Positions 1 to 12,246 are shown, counted from the first letter of the whole stretch. The stretch: 63,782 nucleotides of DNA, filler included, from Reticulomyxa filosa (GCA_000512085.1; 19 parts of 19 records of this genome joined end to end with filler, not necessarily neighbours in it); one strand, 5' to 3'. Numbers and translations: made by a program. Notes: generated by a model not told the origin, from the sequence alone.

Positions 1-1464
1 GATATGGCGACTCCAAGACGCGCACATCTTATGGACAGCCATGTGGCTTGTGCCATTTGATGTTTGCGCGCATTAGGGATGCTTTGCATCCCCACGTAAA
101 GTGGTCTCAGTAGGATTGTGGCAAGCAAGCACATGAGATTGTGTCGTTGCTTTGCTTACAATTCTCACAACAACAAGTGGCCAGTGCGACACTGGAGGAA
201 CACGACCGTCAAAGCGTGTTTCTACGCGTTTCCAAGTTTAGTATCGACTTGTATTGATTATACATATTATCTGCATATACTTTGATATCATCATATACCA
301 TACTTTGCAATGCTATGTTTGCTTGTTAATAGTTTCGGTCAATTGATACCTGCGAGATGCCCTGTTATCGTTATATTTTATTTTGGTTGTTTTTTTTTAT
401 TTATTTATTTAAATATTTTAATTAATTTTAATTTAATTTTAGTTTTTAATTTAATAAATAATTTTTTTAGTAATGAATATATATATATTTATATATATTA
501 CATTCAGTATCTTTTTTCAAATTAAATTGTTCGATGTTGCCGTTATAATCCAATAATCTTTCTCCAAAAGTCTAACATATTATATATTGATTTCTATATA
601 TGATATTTTCATTAAAATAAAACATTTTACTTAAACCAATAAAAAAATATACACAACAAAGTCTCAAAGCTATACCTTGGCCATTCAAAAGTAATACGAT
701 TTGTATAATTGCTGTGATTGTCATGCCGATGATATAGACATTGAGTCCGACACTACAAAGTCCATCTATTGGCACACACCCTTGCTCAGTTGCAGTGTCA
801 TGGCCGGATTGACGAAGGGTAAGTGTTGCTGGTTTCTCTCTTGCGATTATGCCTTCCGCAGCCACAAAAGCGTACATATACTATATCATTGTCATTGTTG
901 CTCCACACGTTCACAGCGAATGGTTTCAGAACGTGGTACTCTTTTTTTTTTTGCACACTCAATGTGACGTCAATCGCTATCTTTTTTTTTTTATTCGTGT
1001 TTTCTAAATGTGAACGAAATAAATAAATAAATTGTATATGTACATATATATGTATATGTATACAAAAATCCTTTGCAAAATAATATACTTAAAAAAAAAA
1101 AAAAAAGTGATAATATGCATATGACAATGATCTACATGTCCTACTGACTTGAAAAGTGAAAGTAACTTATGATTGAGTTAAATTGCTTGTGCCAAGTGCT
1201 ATATCTCTTTGACGAGAAAGTCGTCCAAGTTATAATTGATCTTTGTCTTTGAAGCATTATTCCATTCTCAACGATGATGGAAATATCTTCTTCGCCTTTT
1301 TCGTCGCTCGTTGTTATCCTTATTTCATTGTTGGAAATGCGGTTATTATGATAGTTGGTATTGTTACTATTATTTGTTTTGTTATTGCCCATTGTCGTGG
1401 TCAAAGTGCACTTGAGTTGTCCATTCAATGAAAGGAGTTTGCAAATTTGTAACTCGACTCTCAT
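1..1464 (-). CDS. Probable multi-exon gene of unknown function (partial, includes a hydrophobic segment)
   Basis: Higher-GC minus-strand ORF blocks (1464-1141, 877-572, ~235-1) separated by AT/TA-microsatellite intron-like tracts; no recognisable motif. Confidence 0.3.
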
Positions 1465-2357
1465 CCGTTCTATTCACTCTGCTCTTGTTCGTTGTCAATG
1501 CTCGCTTGTTCCTTGTTCTATCATCATTTGTCATTATTAGTCTTTTTCTTTACCCTGTTCGTTGTTTTTGTGGTCCAGTTTATGTCCAGTATTTTTTTTA
1601 GCAGAAACAGAGAAAAACAAAGTTACAAATAGTATCCAATTATGAACGAAATGAAGCAATTTCGACTATTGCAAAAAGATCGTTTTCAAAATTTTTCCCT
1701 TTTTTATTGCGAAACAAAGGAAACAAAACTTCTTTCAATTTGGAAAAAAAAAAGGACTAATATTTATGAGGTATTAACAATATTCAATGATATTTTTTAA
1801 ATAGTTTATTGAAGGAGAAATTGCAAATGATCAGTAACAGTTGAACGAATCCCTTTTTCTCAAAAACAAAGTACACGAAATTCACATGTCAATTTCCTTT
1901 TCCTTTTTTTCTGTCTCCTTCAGACAGTCCTTCTCAGCCTCATTTGTTGTTCTCATAGGTCATCTCTTGGATGAAGCAAACAACTTTCTACGCGTTTTCA
2001 GTCAGTCACACTAACAACTGGACATAAACAATATAAAAAGTTTGATCGCAGAAACTTTTTGATAGATTCATACGCATATTATACTGCGTATGCTTTCAAA
2101 TGTGTGTGCAGATGACCAAAAAGAAAGATAAGTTTTTAAAAATAAAACAAACAACAATTAATAATCCTTTGATCATTTAATTCAAGCCTAACAGCCGCTA
2201 TAGTCCTTGTTTGTTTATTGTTTTTTTTTTTTTGAAAAATGTAATTGATGATTTTTGTTTGATTTTATTCTCACAACTATGCAACACATTTTTTAAAATT
2301 CCTGTTTGGCTCAATACACAAGAAATAATGAATTAAAAAAATAAAAATACAGAATTT

Positions 2358-2457
2358 NNNNNNNNNNNNNNNNNNNNNNNNNNNNNNNNNNNNNNNNNNN
2401 NTTAATTAATTAANNNNNNNNNNNNNNNNNNNNNNNNNNNNNNNNNNNNNNNNNNNN
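2358..2457. other. Artificial contig linker N44-TTAATTAATTAA-N44, first of 18 (others start at 6462, 9608, 12972, 15393, 16639, 27467, 37009, 38603, 43037, 44364, 46964, 48306, 51210, 54974, 57913, 60697, 62376)
   Basis: Identical 100-bp unit each time; TTAATTAATTAA puts stops in all six frames; flanking sequences are unrelated in content and GC. Confidence 0.98.
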
Positions 2458-2462
2458 ATATA

Positions 2463-2495
<33 letters not shown>

Positions 2496-2598
2496 GTTGT
2501 TATTGTGTTATATATTTACATCACTGGTTTTTTTTTAATATCTAATTTTTATTTTTTTGGTGGCCCCCTTTTTTTTTTTTTTTTTCTCTTTTGAGCAG

Positions 2599-3090
2599 AT
2601 CTTTGGATCAGGTGTAATCCACTCCAAAATATTGGAAAATTGCAAGTTGGGAGATAGCATTGGATGGGCGTTTGGGCTAGGGTTGGAACGATTGGCAATG
2701 CCGTTATTTAAAATCGATGACATTCGACAGTTTTGGAGTTTAGATGAACGGTTCTTGTCGCAATACTCGGATGGAAAGATAAGAGAGTTTGCTCCATATA
2801 GCAAGTACCCTGTTTGCTATAAAGATATTTCATTTTGGGTGAAAAATGAAAGTACTTTCCATGAACATGACTGGATGGAAATGGTGCGGTTCGTTGCTCA
2901 AGATCTAGTGGAACAGGTTCAATTGGTCGATGAGTTCCGAAGTCGCAAAAGCGACCATTTATTGTCCAAGTGCTTTCGAATCTCTTATCGACACCCTGAT
3001 CGCACTTTGACCAATGACGAAGTCAACCGCGTGCAACAAGCCATTATCGAAAACTCAAAAAATCTTTTCGATCTGGCTGTTCGAGGCTGA
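2599..3090 (+). CDS. FARS2: Mitochondrial-type phenylalanyl-tRNA synthetase, last exon (class II motif 3 + FDX-ACB anticodon-binding domain)
   Basis: GWAFGLGLERLAM motif 3, then DIRQFWS..RFLSQ, YSKYP..KDISFW, DLVEQVQLVDEF, CFRISYR..RTLTNDEVN; exon starts after a pyrimidine tract + CAG at 2596-2598. Confidence 0.93.
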   Translation: MFGSGVIHSKILENCKLGDSIGWAFGLGLERLAMPLFKIDDIRQFWSLDERFLSQYSDGKIREFAPYSKYPVCYKDISFWVKNESTFHEHDWMEMVRFVAQDLVEQVQLVDEFRSRKSDHLLSKCFRISYRHPDRTLTNDEVNRVQQAIIENSKNLFDLAVRG

Positions 3091-3690
3091 TCTTTTTTTT
3101 TTGATTTGCATTTTTGTCTCAAAAAACTTTTCAAATTACCAATTGCCAATCTCTTTTTTTATCGCTCCAACTTATTGCTTACAAAATTTGATGTTTTGAA
3201 TTACACGCATATTCTTTTTGCACTTGTTCTCTTTTCTCAAGAAAACAAATGCTTTTAACCATCTTCAACTATAGAAAAAATTGGATTTCAAAGTTTTTAT
3301 AAAATCCCTTTCAAATAGACAATAAGGATACGAAAAACAAAAGTTCAATTGCTCGACGGTTCTTCCAAAAAGGGACAATATTCAATGAGGGCGTGTGTAA
3401 AATGATTAGCAATGTGGAAGGGGGGAAGGGGCTAATGTCATTTTTGTACTTACAAAAATTTGCAAAAAAGTTGTCAAAGTTACTTTCACTTTAACATTCT
3501 TTTATCCTCGTAATTAATGTTTTTTTGTTGGTTTTTGGGAAAAAAGTCAAGCTGATCAATTTCCCATTGACACGCTTACATCTAAATTCTTTGTTACTCC
3601 TTTTTTTAAAAAAATCATGACCTATCGTTTGAATTGAAACAAAACAAATGGATCGATTTTGTGGCATCACCAAAAAAAATGGGATGAGAA

Positions 3691-4116
3691 TTAGTCGCTG
3701 GAAAAGTTGCGGGCAAGTCTCCAGACGAGTGCGGAAGCAAAAATCAAAATGGTCGAAATCAATTGCAAAACGCCATAAGTGGCATCTTTGCTGGCCCATT
3801 TGGTTGCTAATAAAATCCCACTTCCAACTAACGAGCCGAAACTAATCATAATCACAAAGAACAATACAATCCTTGCCCACACGGCGATATTTGTACATCT
3901 CGTATTGTACTCTTCATCCAATGCATCTAAATATGACCAATGGAAAGTTACCAACAATATGAATCCTATTGTCACTCCCGTCATTGGCAACGCATCGACG
4001 AATTCGAGAGTATACTTACTGCCATTGTTCACTTCCACACATGCACTTATAAACATCCACCATCCTATTCCAAATAATATGCCTGCTATCGATGCGCCCA
4101 AGTATCCCAATTTCAT
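3691..4116 (-). CDS. Vps68/TMEM50 (UPF0220) family 4-TM membrane protein
   Basis: 141 aa, four hydrophobic segments; N-terminal AGILFGIGWWMFI, later WARIVLFF..ISFGSLVGS and LIFASALVW match the UPF0220 pattern. Confidence 0.8.
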   Translation of the reverse strand: MKLGYLGASIAGILFGIGWWMFISACVEVNNGSKYTLEFVDALPMTGVTIGFILLVTFHWSYLDALDEEYNTRCTNIAVWARIVLFFVIMISFGSLVGSGILLATKWASKDATYGVLQLISTILIFASALVWRLARNFSSD

Positions 4117-4549
4117 TTTTGAGTTAAAGCCTTTGTTTTTGTTGTTCAGTAAAGCAATATATTATCGTATTCTTTTTAAAACAAATATTTTTTCAATGCA
4201 AAAGCTCTCAAACCTGAGTCTTCAAAGATAAAGATGTTTTTACTATTTATTATCAAGCGCACTTATGGGACGGGTTTCCTTGGAAGGGTAAACTAAAGGG
4301 ACTGTTTTTTCTTTAATTTGTCTTTATTTTCTGTTGAACACTTACCAAATAATTTTAATATTTAATGATACAATCATCTTTTGTTACTCTTGATAATTAT
4401 ACAACAAATAAGCATTTGTTTAAATTTTTTTTTGAATAGCATATTTGTTATACACATGAATGTAACAACGGTTGATACTGTATTCGAATGTGAATAAAAA
4501 ACTGTCAAATTTAAGCTATTGTATGTTTGCTGTAATTGAAAAATGATAG

Positions 4550-4768
4550 TATAGGGTAAAGCCCTATTGTACAAGTTCAAACAAAGGAACTGTGGGACCC
4601 CCTGTGGTTAAACCTTCTTAACAACACAGCTCACTTTGTTTAGTTCTTTAGTTGTTTTCTTTCATTGTGTTGCAATTATTCTCGTTAATTTACTTTCCTT
4701 TTCCTAAAATTACTTTTCGGAACTAAGTTTCCTTTCGTATTACACCTAGTCTCCTCACTATTCCTACA
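4550..4768 (+). mobile_element. Solo-LTR-like element, copy 1 (219 bp, TSD ATAG)
   Basis: TATAGGG...TTCCTACA termini, ATAG on both sides, internal GTGGTTAAACC and TTCGTATTACAC shared with the copies at 40471, 41478 and 42820. Confidence 0.8.
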
Positions 4769-5387
4769 ATAGAGGTTGTATTAAAGGAATAAAAATGATA
4801 CGATGGACAATTCCACAAGAAAAAAATGCAAAGATTGATGCTGAATTTGATTTTATCTTCATGGCGGAAAAAACAGAGAGTGCGTATAACACATTACACT
4901 CTAAGTGAAAGTAATAAAGACCTTCGAAAAAGAAGATAAAATTCTTTGTATGTTTTGTCAATGTTGTGGTAGAAGTGCGATAACTGCAACATTCAATGCA
5001 ATTTAGAGATGATCGTATAAGTTCTAAATAATTATCAGTTCAAATAAAAAATATCTTTCAACAAAAGGCATTGCAAAAAAAGTTTGAAACAAAGAATTTT
5101 CAAAAAAAAAAATATAAAAAGCAGACCATTTCAGTAATGATAATCTCGCAGACTAATATCAACGTATGTTGATAATGTAATATAGATTTTATTATTTCTT
5201 TCTTGCACAAGACAAGATGTGTACCCTAAAACGAACATGAACAGAAAAAAAACTAAGACCAAAACAAAGCATCAAACCACCCAAGATATGAAAGGATGAA
5301 GTTTACACGGAGAAAAACTCAAAAAAAAAAAAAAAAAAAAAAAGAATAAAGGCCACTTTAGATTTGGATACTAAAAAAAAGATTCCT

Positions 5388-6400
5388 GTTTAAGACGTAT
5401 TTTCTCCTTGATCATCCTCCGTGTCAAACGCATCATCAAGATCGTTTGTGTCCAATAATGCCTCTACCACCAATAATTGCTATTATACAACAAGGAACAG
5501 AGAGATTTCAACACATACACACACACACGCACATACGAGTACGCCACATTGAAATAAATAAACAAAAAAAAGATTAACTTGAGTCAAACTATGTATTTTT
5601 TCTTCATGCATTTCTTTCATGTATTGCAACTTCATATTTTCTTTTTGTAAATCGACAATTAATTGATCCGTCTTTGGAATCTCGAGAGATAATGAATCGG
5701 ACGGATGAATGGCCATACTCATGTTTGTGCTTCTTGCTCCAATGAGATCGGCGTTGTCATCTTTCATTTCCATTTCATTTCTGGCACTTGGGGAAGGGGG
5801 TCGGTCTGATGTTCGCGATTCACTGGTGTCAAGTTTCAAATGCGTAAATATACGCTCTAATTTGTCCACCTTTTCTTGCGCATCACGTAATTTCCCTTGC
5901 AACGCCTCCACCTCACGTTCCAATTGAATATTCTTGCGTGCATATTCCTTTCACATTTTATATATACAAACAAACAAATAAATAAATAAATAAATGATTA
6001 TATATACATATATAATCATTTATTTATTTTATTTGTTTATTTGTTTATTTACATATTTGTAATGTTACCTCGTTGTCATCTTTTTCTCGTTTCAACAGCC
6101 ACGCGAGTTTTTCAACTTCTTCACGGAGCACTTTCATTCCCAATATTGCCCTTGCTTCCTTTGATTGAATAAACAAATCAAATCACAATAAAACCATTTA
6201 TTTATCAATGTATTCGCGTAGGATATGTGAAAGTGTATATAACAACAAAAAAAATAGGTATAACAGGTTGAATGACAGCCAGTCCAGTGGTCAGACTTGT
6301 ATGACGCATTAAGCCGATACTGGAAATGAAGGGCGCTTTAGGAGCTTTGGTCTCATCTTCTTCTTTCTTAAACGTAGGCACTGACACTAACAAGCATGCA
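5388..6400 (-). CDS. Multi-exon coiled-coil protein, 3' part, function unknown
   Basis: ORF blocks 6393-6205 and 5923-5483 with heptad-rich sequence (EREVEALQGKLRDAQEKVDKLE), separated by GT..AG AT-rich introns. Confidence 0.5.
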
Positions 6401-6418
6401 ATTGTGGTTCTTTTCTCT

Positions 6419-6459
<41 letters not shown>

Positions 6460-6561
6460 AANNNNNNNNNNNNNNNNNNNNNNNNNNNNNNNNNNNNNNN
6501 NNNNNTTAATTAATTAANNNNNNNNNNNNNNNNNNNNNNNNNNNNNNNNNNNNNNNNNNNN

Positions 6562-6592
<31 letters not shown>

Positions 6593-8000
6593 GACGTTGG
6601 ATCATCATGATGGAGTTGAGTGTCGACCTTGTCCGTGTCAGTAGCAGTAGGTTTCGTATCGGCGGCGTCATTGACTCCTTCGGTTAGATTGGCCACGTCT
6701 TGTTTGGGAACCCATATTTTCTTTTCATTTTTGGATGGACTGATAACTTTGTCATCTTTCGTCGCGCTGCCTCGGACGCGGTATTTGGGCAATCGACTTT
6801 CCCTCGGTCTGTTTTTTTCTCGCTCTCGCTCTCGATTTTGATCTCTGTCTCTGTCTCTGTCTCTATCTCTATCTCGACCTCGACCACGGCCGCGTTCACT
6901 CGACCAGCCGCGGTCATAGCCGGCGTAGTGAGACGAATGATATCTGCGATCGTCATTGCCGAACCGATCTCGATTTGGATAGGCAAAGCCTCGATCTCTT
7001 TCTTTGGGTCTGTCTCTGGGCTTCTCTTTTCCATACTTCCGATCTCGCGTGCTATAGGAGTACGCGCCGCGGTGTTGCTGTTGCAGCTCCTCGTACTTGT
7101 CATGGCTTTTCCATTCCAATGAGTCCCCAAAGTTTTCTTCCACATTGTCGTCATTGTTTTCGTTATCGTCGTCATCGCCGTCATGTCTTTGGGGGTCGCC
7201 TCTGGATTAATTTTTTTTTTTTTTTTTTTTTTGAAGCCCCTTTTTATAGATATTCTGCCAATCAAAACAAATACAACAATGCAATGTCCTCTACACACCT
7301 GATATCGTGTTGGAAATATCTCTTGGACGCCTTGTCATGAGGGAATACTTTCTCGTCTTCGTCGTTTTCATAGTCATTGTCGTTGTCGTCATTATTCACA
7401 TGGGCATACTCAATGTCATTGTCATCATACTCATTATCCAACCCCTCTTCGTTGTCTTCTTCTTCTTCTTCTTCTTCTTCTTCTTCTTCTTTTTCTTCTC
7501 TTTGCTCTTCCAGTCCTGAACCGTTGTGTGTTCCCTTTGTTCTCTTCTTGTTGCCTTTCTTTCGATCTTCATTGGCGTCGAGTGTGTCAGAATACATCCC
7601 CTTTATTTATTTATTTTTATTTTTTTTTTGCCTCCCTCCCCCGTTTTTTTTTTTTTTTTTTTTTTTTTGAGGGAAAAACTCTTTGTTTGTCGGTAATTCC
7701 ACGGCCTTTGGCAAATGGCTTTTTTTCAATGTTGCCTGGTGTCTTGGTTATTGTGTCCGTGCCCTGATTGGCCTCGGGATGCTGCGGATTGTTATTTTTG
7801 TTCGTATTGTTATTGCCGCCACCTCCACTTGCTACTTCTGGCAGATTGTCCTTTGCTGCGTCTCCATGGACGCTGTCATCCGATGGTGTGGGGCTTCTGT
7901 CACGATTAAAATGACCGTCGTCTTCACTTTCGTCTCCACGTCGTACTTGCATTAGTGCCTCATTCCCTGAGTCACTTCCAGATTCTTTTGTTTTCAGATT
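6562..8000 (-). CDS. Btz-domain (CASC3/Barentsz-like) low-complexity RNA-binding protein, multi-exon, partial
   Basis: Splicing 7300->7203 gives YFQHDIRG...EWKSHDKYEELQQ, resembling the two Btz/SELOR motifs (FFEHDLRG and WxHDKF); acidic N-terminal region, RD/RG repeats and poly-Q downstream. Confidence 0.6.
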
Positions 8001-8422
8001 TATTTTTTATTTTTTTGGCCAAAAGATCACACAACATGCAACATTAAAAGAAGGAAAACAAAAAAAGACCATCATTTGGTTCCATATTTATGATGAATTT
8101 AATAATGTGTTTTTCACAATTTTTTTTTTTTAATGCTTTCCCAACAAACGTGCACTTGTTGATTCCAAGGAAAAGCATCTTGTTTTGTTGTGATTTATGA
8201 TAAAATATATTCAACAGTTAACTTACTAACATTAATAAAAGTTAACCCACACATGGGCCAGAATATTACTTTTTAAAAAATGTAATGAGCATTGAAATAA
8301 AAGAAATTGAACAAATAACATTATAACATAACTACAATTTACTGAAACATTTCCAGAAAAGTTTTAAAAAAATTTTAATTAGCTATGTTCTGCGTAACAC
8401 AATATAAGTTATGTTCAATATA

Positions 8423-8500
8423 CAGTATATTACAAAAAAGAACACATAAAATGCCACATTATGAAGATTATCGATTTTTTTTTTCTAAAAAAATTTATTT
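8423..8500 (+). repeat. Degenerate Tc1-like terminal repeat
   Basis: TA|CAGTATATTACAAAAAAG..ATAAAATGCCAC..ATGAAGATTATCGATTTT resembles the ends at 8905 and 60513. Confidence 0.55.
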
Positions 8501-8904
8501 AATTACTTATATTACATTTTCACACATAATTGCTTCAATTAAAAAACGCAGCACTAATCAATATCAACAAGAAACTAATCAAACAATATAATGCTTGTTA
8601 ACATATAATATTATGTATCCATCAATCTTGTTTTGTGCTGAAAAAAAACAAAAACTTATATTACAATGCTGCTCACTAATGACATGATGAAATAAACATA
8701 TAAATATAATTTTTGTTTCATAGTCTTTTTTTTAAAAGGATTAATTTTTTTCATATCATTTTCACTTTTAAAAAATATAAACATTTATAATATGAACAAC
8801 TAGATTTTTCAAACTTTGAATGAGCTACCAGACTAATTTGTACAGCATCAATGTGTCATATTTAAACAAGAAATACTTATTTGTGCAAGTTATGAATAAA
8901 TATA

Positions 8905-9607
8905 CAGTAAGATAAAAAAGAAAGTTTACATATAAAATGCCACCTTATATAGATGATTGCGTTTCTCAATGAAAAAACAACATTTAATCGAAATTTTTTA
9001 AAAAAATATCTATAAATCGTGTAGTTTTTAAATATCATTTTGGTTTTTTATTAAATCTTTCCAATTTTTTCAAAAATTTTAATATTTCGTTTACTTTAAA
9101 AAAATTTTTTGTAATTGCCTGAATATGATAAAATTTGTTTTTTAAAATTTAATTCAAATTTACCAATTGTTAAATCTCCTTTTTTAACTGCCTGTATTCT
9201 CTTTGGTATCGACTTTATTAAGTTTTTTATTTTTTCATATTCTGTTTCGAATTAGTTCCATAGTTCTTCTGTGGTAATAAATGGTCCTTTTTTGTGAATC
9301 CTTGTCTTTACTATCCACCAAATATTCAATTGGATTTAAATCAGGTGAATTTGTAGGAAAATTCATTATTTTCTTTTTTTTTTGTTTTAACAATTTCATA
9401 ATTTTTTCCGACTTATGGTATGTTGCATTATCTTGATGGAAAATCCAATCTTCTTTATTTTCTAAGCAGAAATTGACACTCTTTAGATAAAAATTATATA
9501 TACATCAGTATTTACTCAATCTTGCAAGCGTAACCTGTTTCTAATGTTCCAAAACTTGTCCGGACTAAAATGCTTCCACCACCAAATTTTGCTATTTTTT
9601 ATATGAA
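8905..9607 (-). mobile_element. Tc1-family (DD34E) DNA transposon relic: transposase C-half plus terminal repeat
   Basis: Minus-strand translation gives KFGGGSILV and WIFHQDNATYHKS...FPTNSPDLNPIEYLW with 34 residues between D and E; in-frame stop after EELWN; the end has TA|CAGTAAGATAAAAAAG at 8903-8920. Confidence 0.88.
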
Positions 9608-9789
9608 NNNNNNNNNNNNNNNNNNNNNNNNNNNNNNNNNNNNNNNNNNNNTTAATTAATTAANNNNNNNNNNNNNNNNNNNNNNNNNNNNNNNNNNNNN
9701 NNNNNNNCCCCCCCCCCTTCCTTCTACCCTTTTTTTTTGAGTGAAATTGTTGGCACTTATCTCATATCCCTGGCATTAAATACTTAACA

Positions 9790-12246
9790 GCGTTGGTATC
9801 GTTGCAAAGGAGGCAACGTGAGTTGGAGATGAAAAAGGCAAGCGCCAGTCGTGAAAAAAGCTCTGTGAACTTAAATACCGCTAAAAGCAAACTTCACAAA
9901 CTGCTCAAACAACTTTATGCCAGAAAGTTGAGGAGGAAAAAAAAAAAAAAGGAAGAGGGAAACAATAAAAAGTTCAGCTTCGGACTTTTGTGTAGTTTCA
10001 GTAACATTAACAATATAAATAAAGTGAATGTATTCAAAAGTATCAACAACTGCAAAAAGAATACAAAGATTTGGACAATGAAAAGCGCGAATACGAAAGA
10101 CTATTGAAAGAGACTAAGATAATATTGCAACAGTTGCAAAATGAAAATAACACGGATCAAAGCGAGCAAAGTCGTTTGGAGGCACAGAAGTTGAATTACG
10201 AGCAACAGATTGACAATGTATTGTCTTGCATTCGTTATATCCAAAAACAATTATATGAAGTAATAGCGCCGCTAAAGAGTATTGATCCCAACATTTATCA
10301 TCAATTGAAATTGGAACAAGTGCACAATACTGCCAATGATATGAAAAGTTGTGAGGGAATGAAGCTCTGCCATGCCGAAGATGTGAACTGCTTGGGTATT
10401 CAATCACTCCCGCTCTCCAAATCGTTGATCCAGTACATGATCAACGAACAAATTAACTTAAAGACAATGCTAAGCGAATTTCAAAAGGCCACGCAACACT
10501 TTGAAAGAACAAAAAAACAAATGAAAGAAGAGTTTGATAATGAAATTCGACAAAAAAATGTGTTGATCGAAAATTTACAAAAAACGCTTCAACTACAGCA
10601 ACAACAACAACAACAAGAGCAACAACAGGGACAAGAACAACAAGACGAGACTACCTCCACCACTGCACACCAGTTGCGAGAGTCTAAAACTCTTTTGTCG
10701 TTATATTGTAGTCCCAATGTTAAAAAGCGCCGTTCTTTGACCAGTTTCGATTTCAAATGTCTTTTTTGCATTCTTATATCACAAACCACAAAACAATAAT
10801 GAACTTGTGTGTCCCCTCTTTTTTTTTTTTTTTAAGATGAACTCAAGCCATCACAAGATTATCATCCCGACTTGACTGTCCAAACGAGGCCACAAATTGA
10901 TTTGTTTGCTTCAATACTTGGCACGACGCGAAATGGCCGGTTGAACAATGAGGAAAATGGCAAAGCAACTCAAGAAGACGGCAGGACTAACCCCTTGCTT
11001 GGTGTTCGCCAGGAAAACGAAGACGAAGCATTGTTCCACAAAGTAACTGACATGGACGAAGAGGAAATTGCTTCCAAGTTGTATTATCAAGCCGCGCGAA
11101 TCAGTCAAATGACCTGTTTTGGAGCGAACAAAAAGAAAAAGTCCATTGTTACAAGTGACAAGCTGCTTCACAAACAAGAAAATGACTATTTCAATAAAAC
11201 CAACAAGGCCGAAATCTCTGATACTTGCCATCAAAGTTCTATTTCCATTCCGGAAGAAAACAAAAGTGGTTTGTATATATGTACATATGTGCATGTGTTT
11301 AAATCTGTTCTCCCTATTTCAATTCTTTGTTTGGAACAACACAACTTGAGAATGAAAAGAAGATGTGTATATGATTCTGTTAGATGTAGAGATGGTGGAT
11401 ACATTTTCATCTCCCAGCCCTCCAGCTCTGAAGAATCATCTGAATAGTCTTGCACGTAGTGCCCAGAACAGACACTTTTCTCACATCAGATCGGATAGTC
11501 GAAGTCACAACAGCGGGGATGAACCAACAAGTAAACATGGTCTTTTTTCGTTGAAAGAATATTCCTCAACGACTCACATGGAAAGTACCAATGCCAATTA
11601 TTTACACATGTCTCTGAATGCCACCAATGGAACTAGTCATCCTTCTTCAGATGTGTTTAGCCGATTGACGAGTCCTTCGAGTTGGGTCGGATCGAGTCGA
11701 ACTCGAATTAATGATCTCGACATTCGCAGACAGCGCATTGCACAGCAACGAGAAAAAGACCGTCAAAAACAACTCAAGATTAAAGCCGGACTACTCACGA
11801 GCGCAAACAGTCTGTCCCCGTCTCGTCCACACTCGAGTGGACATGCCACGAATAGCGCCTATTTGCAAAGCAATACAAATGGACATATAGAACGGCCTCA
11901 ATCTGCGCTAACAACAACGATCGACAATGTTGAATATTTTAATGAAAATGTTTTTCAACGATTACACGCCACTTCCATACGACATCAAAGATTGAATAAC
12001 AATTTCAACTCAAATGTGGAGGCCAATGGCAATTCTTCCAATGGAAGTACATTTACTGCTACTATGGGCATGCCTTTGAGTTCCAATCATTCCGTTAATA
12101 ATGTCAGTTTCTCCGAGAGCAGACCAGAGAGAGCAAGTGATAATGACAATACAGGTGATACCTTTTTGAAGGCTCCTGAACGATTTCCCTCAACTAGTCA
12201 GTCACATTTATCCAATCCTGTTCGATTTGTTTCATCAAATCGATAA
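9790..12246 (+). CDS. Large multi-exon coiled-coil protein, C-terminal part (possibly a kinesin-4-like tail or MAP)
   Basis: Successive ORFs 9793-, 10071-, 10872- and 11365-12246 separated by intron-like tracts; long coiled coil, then a Ser/Asn-rich tail with two VFxRL motifs. Confidence 0.55.

Noticed and set aside
3779-4231. 150-aa plus-strand ORF
   Set aside because: Antisense to the recognisable Vps68/TMEM50 gene, with no motif of its own.
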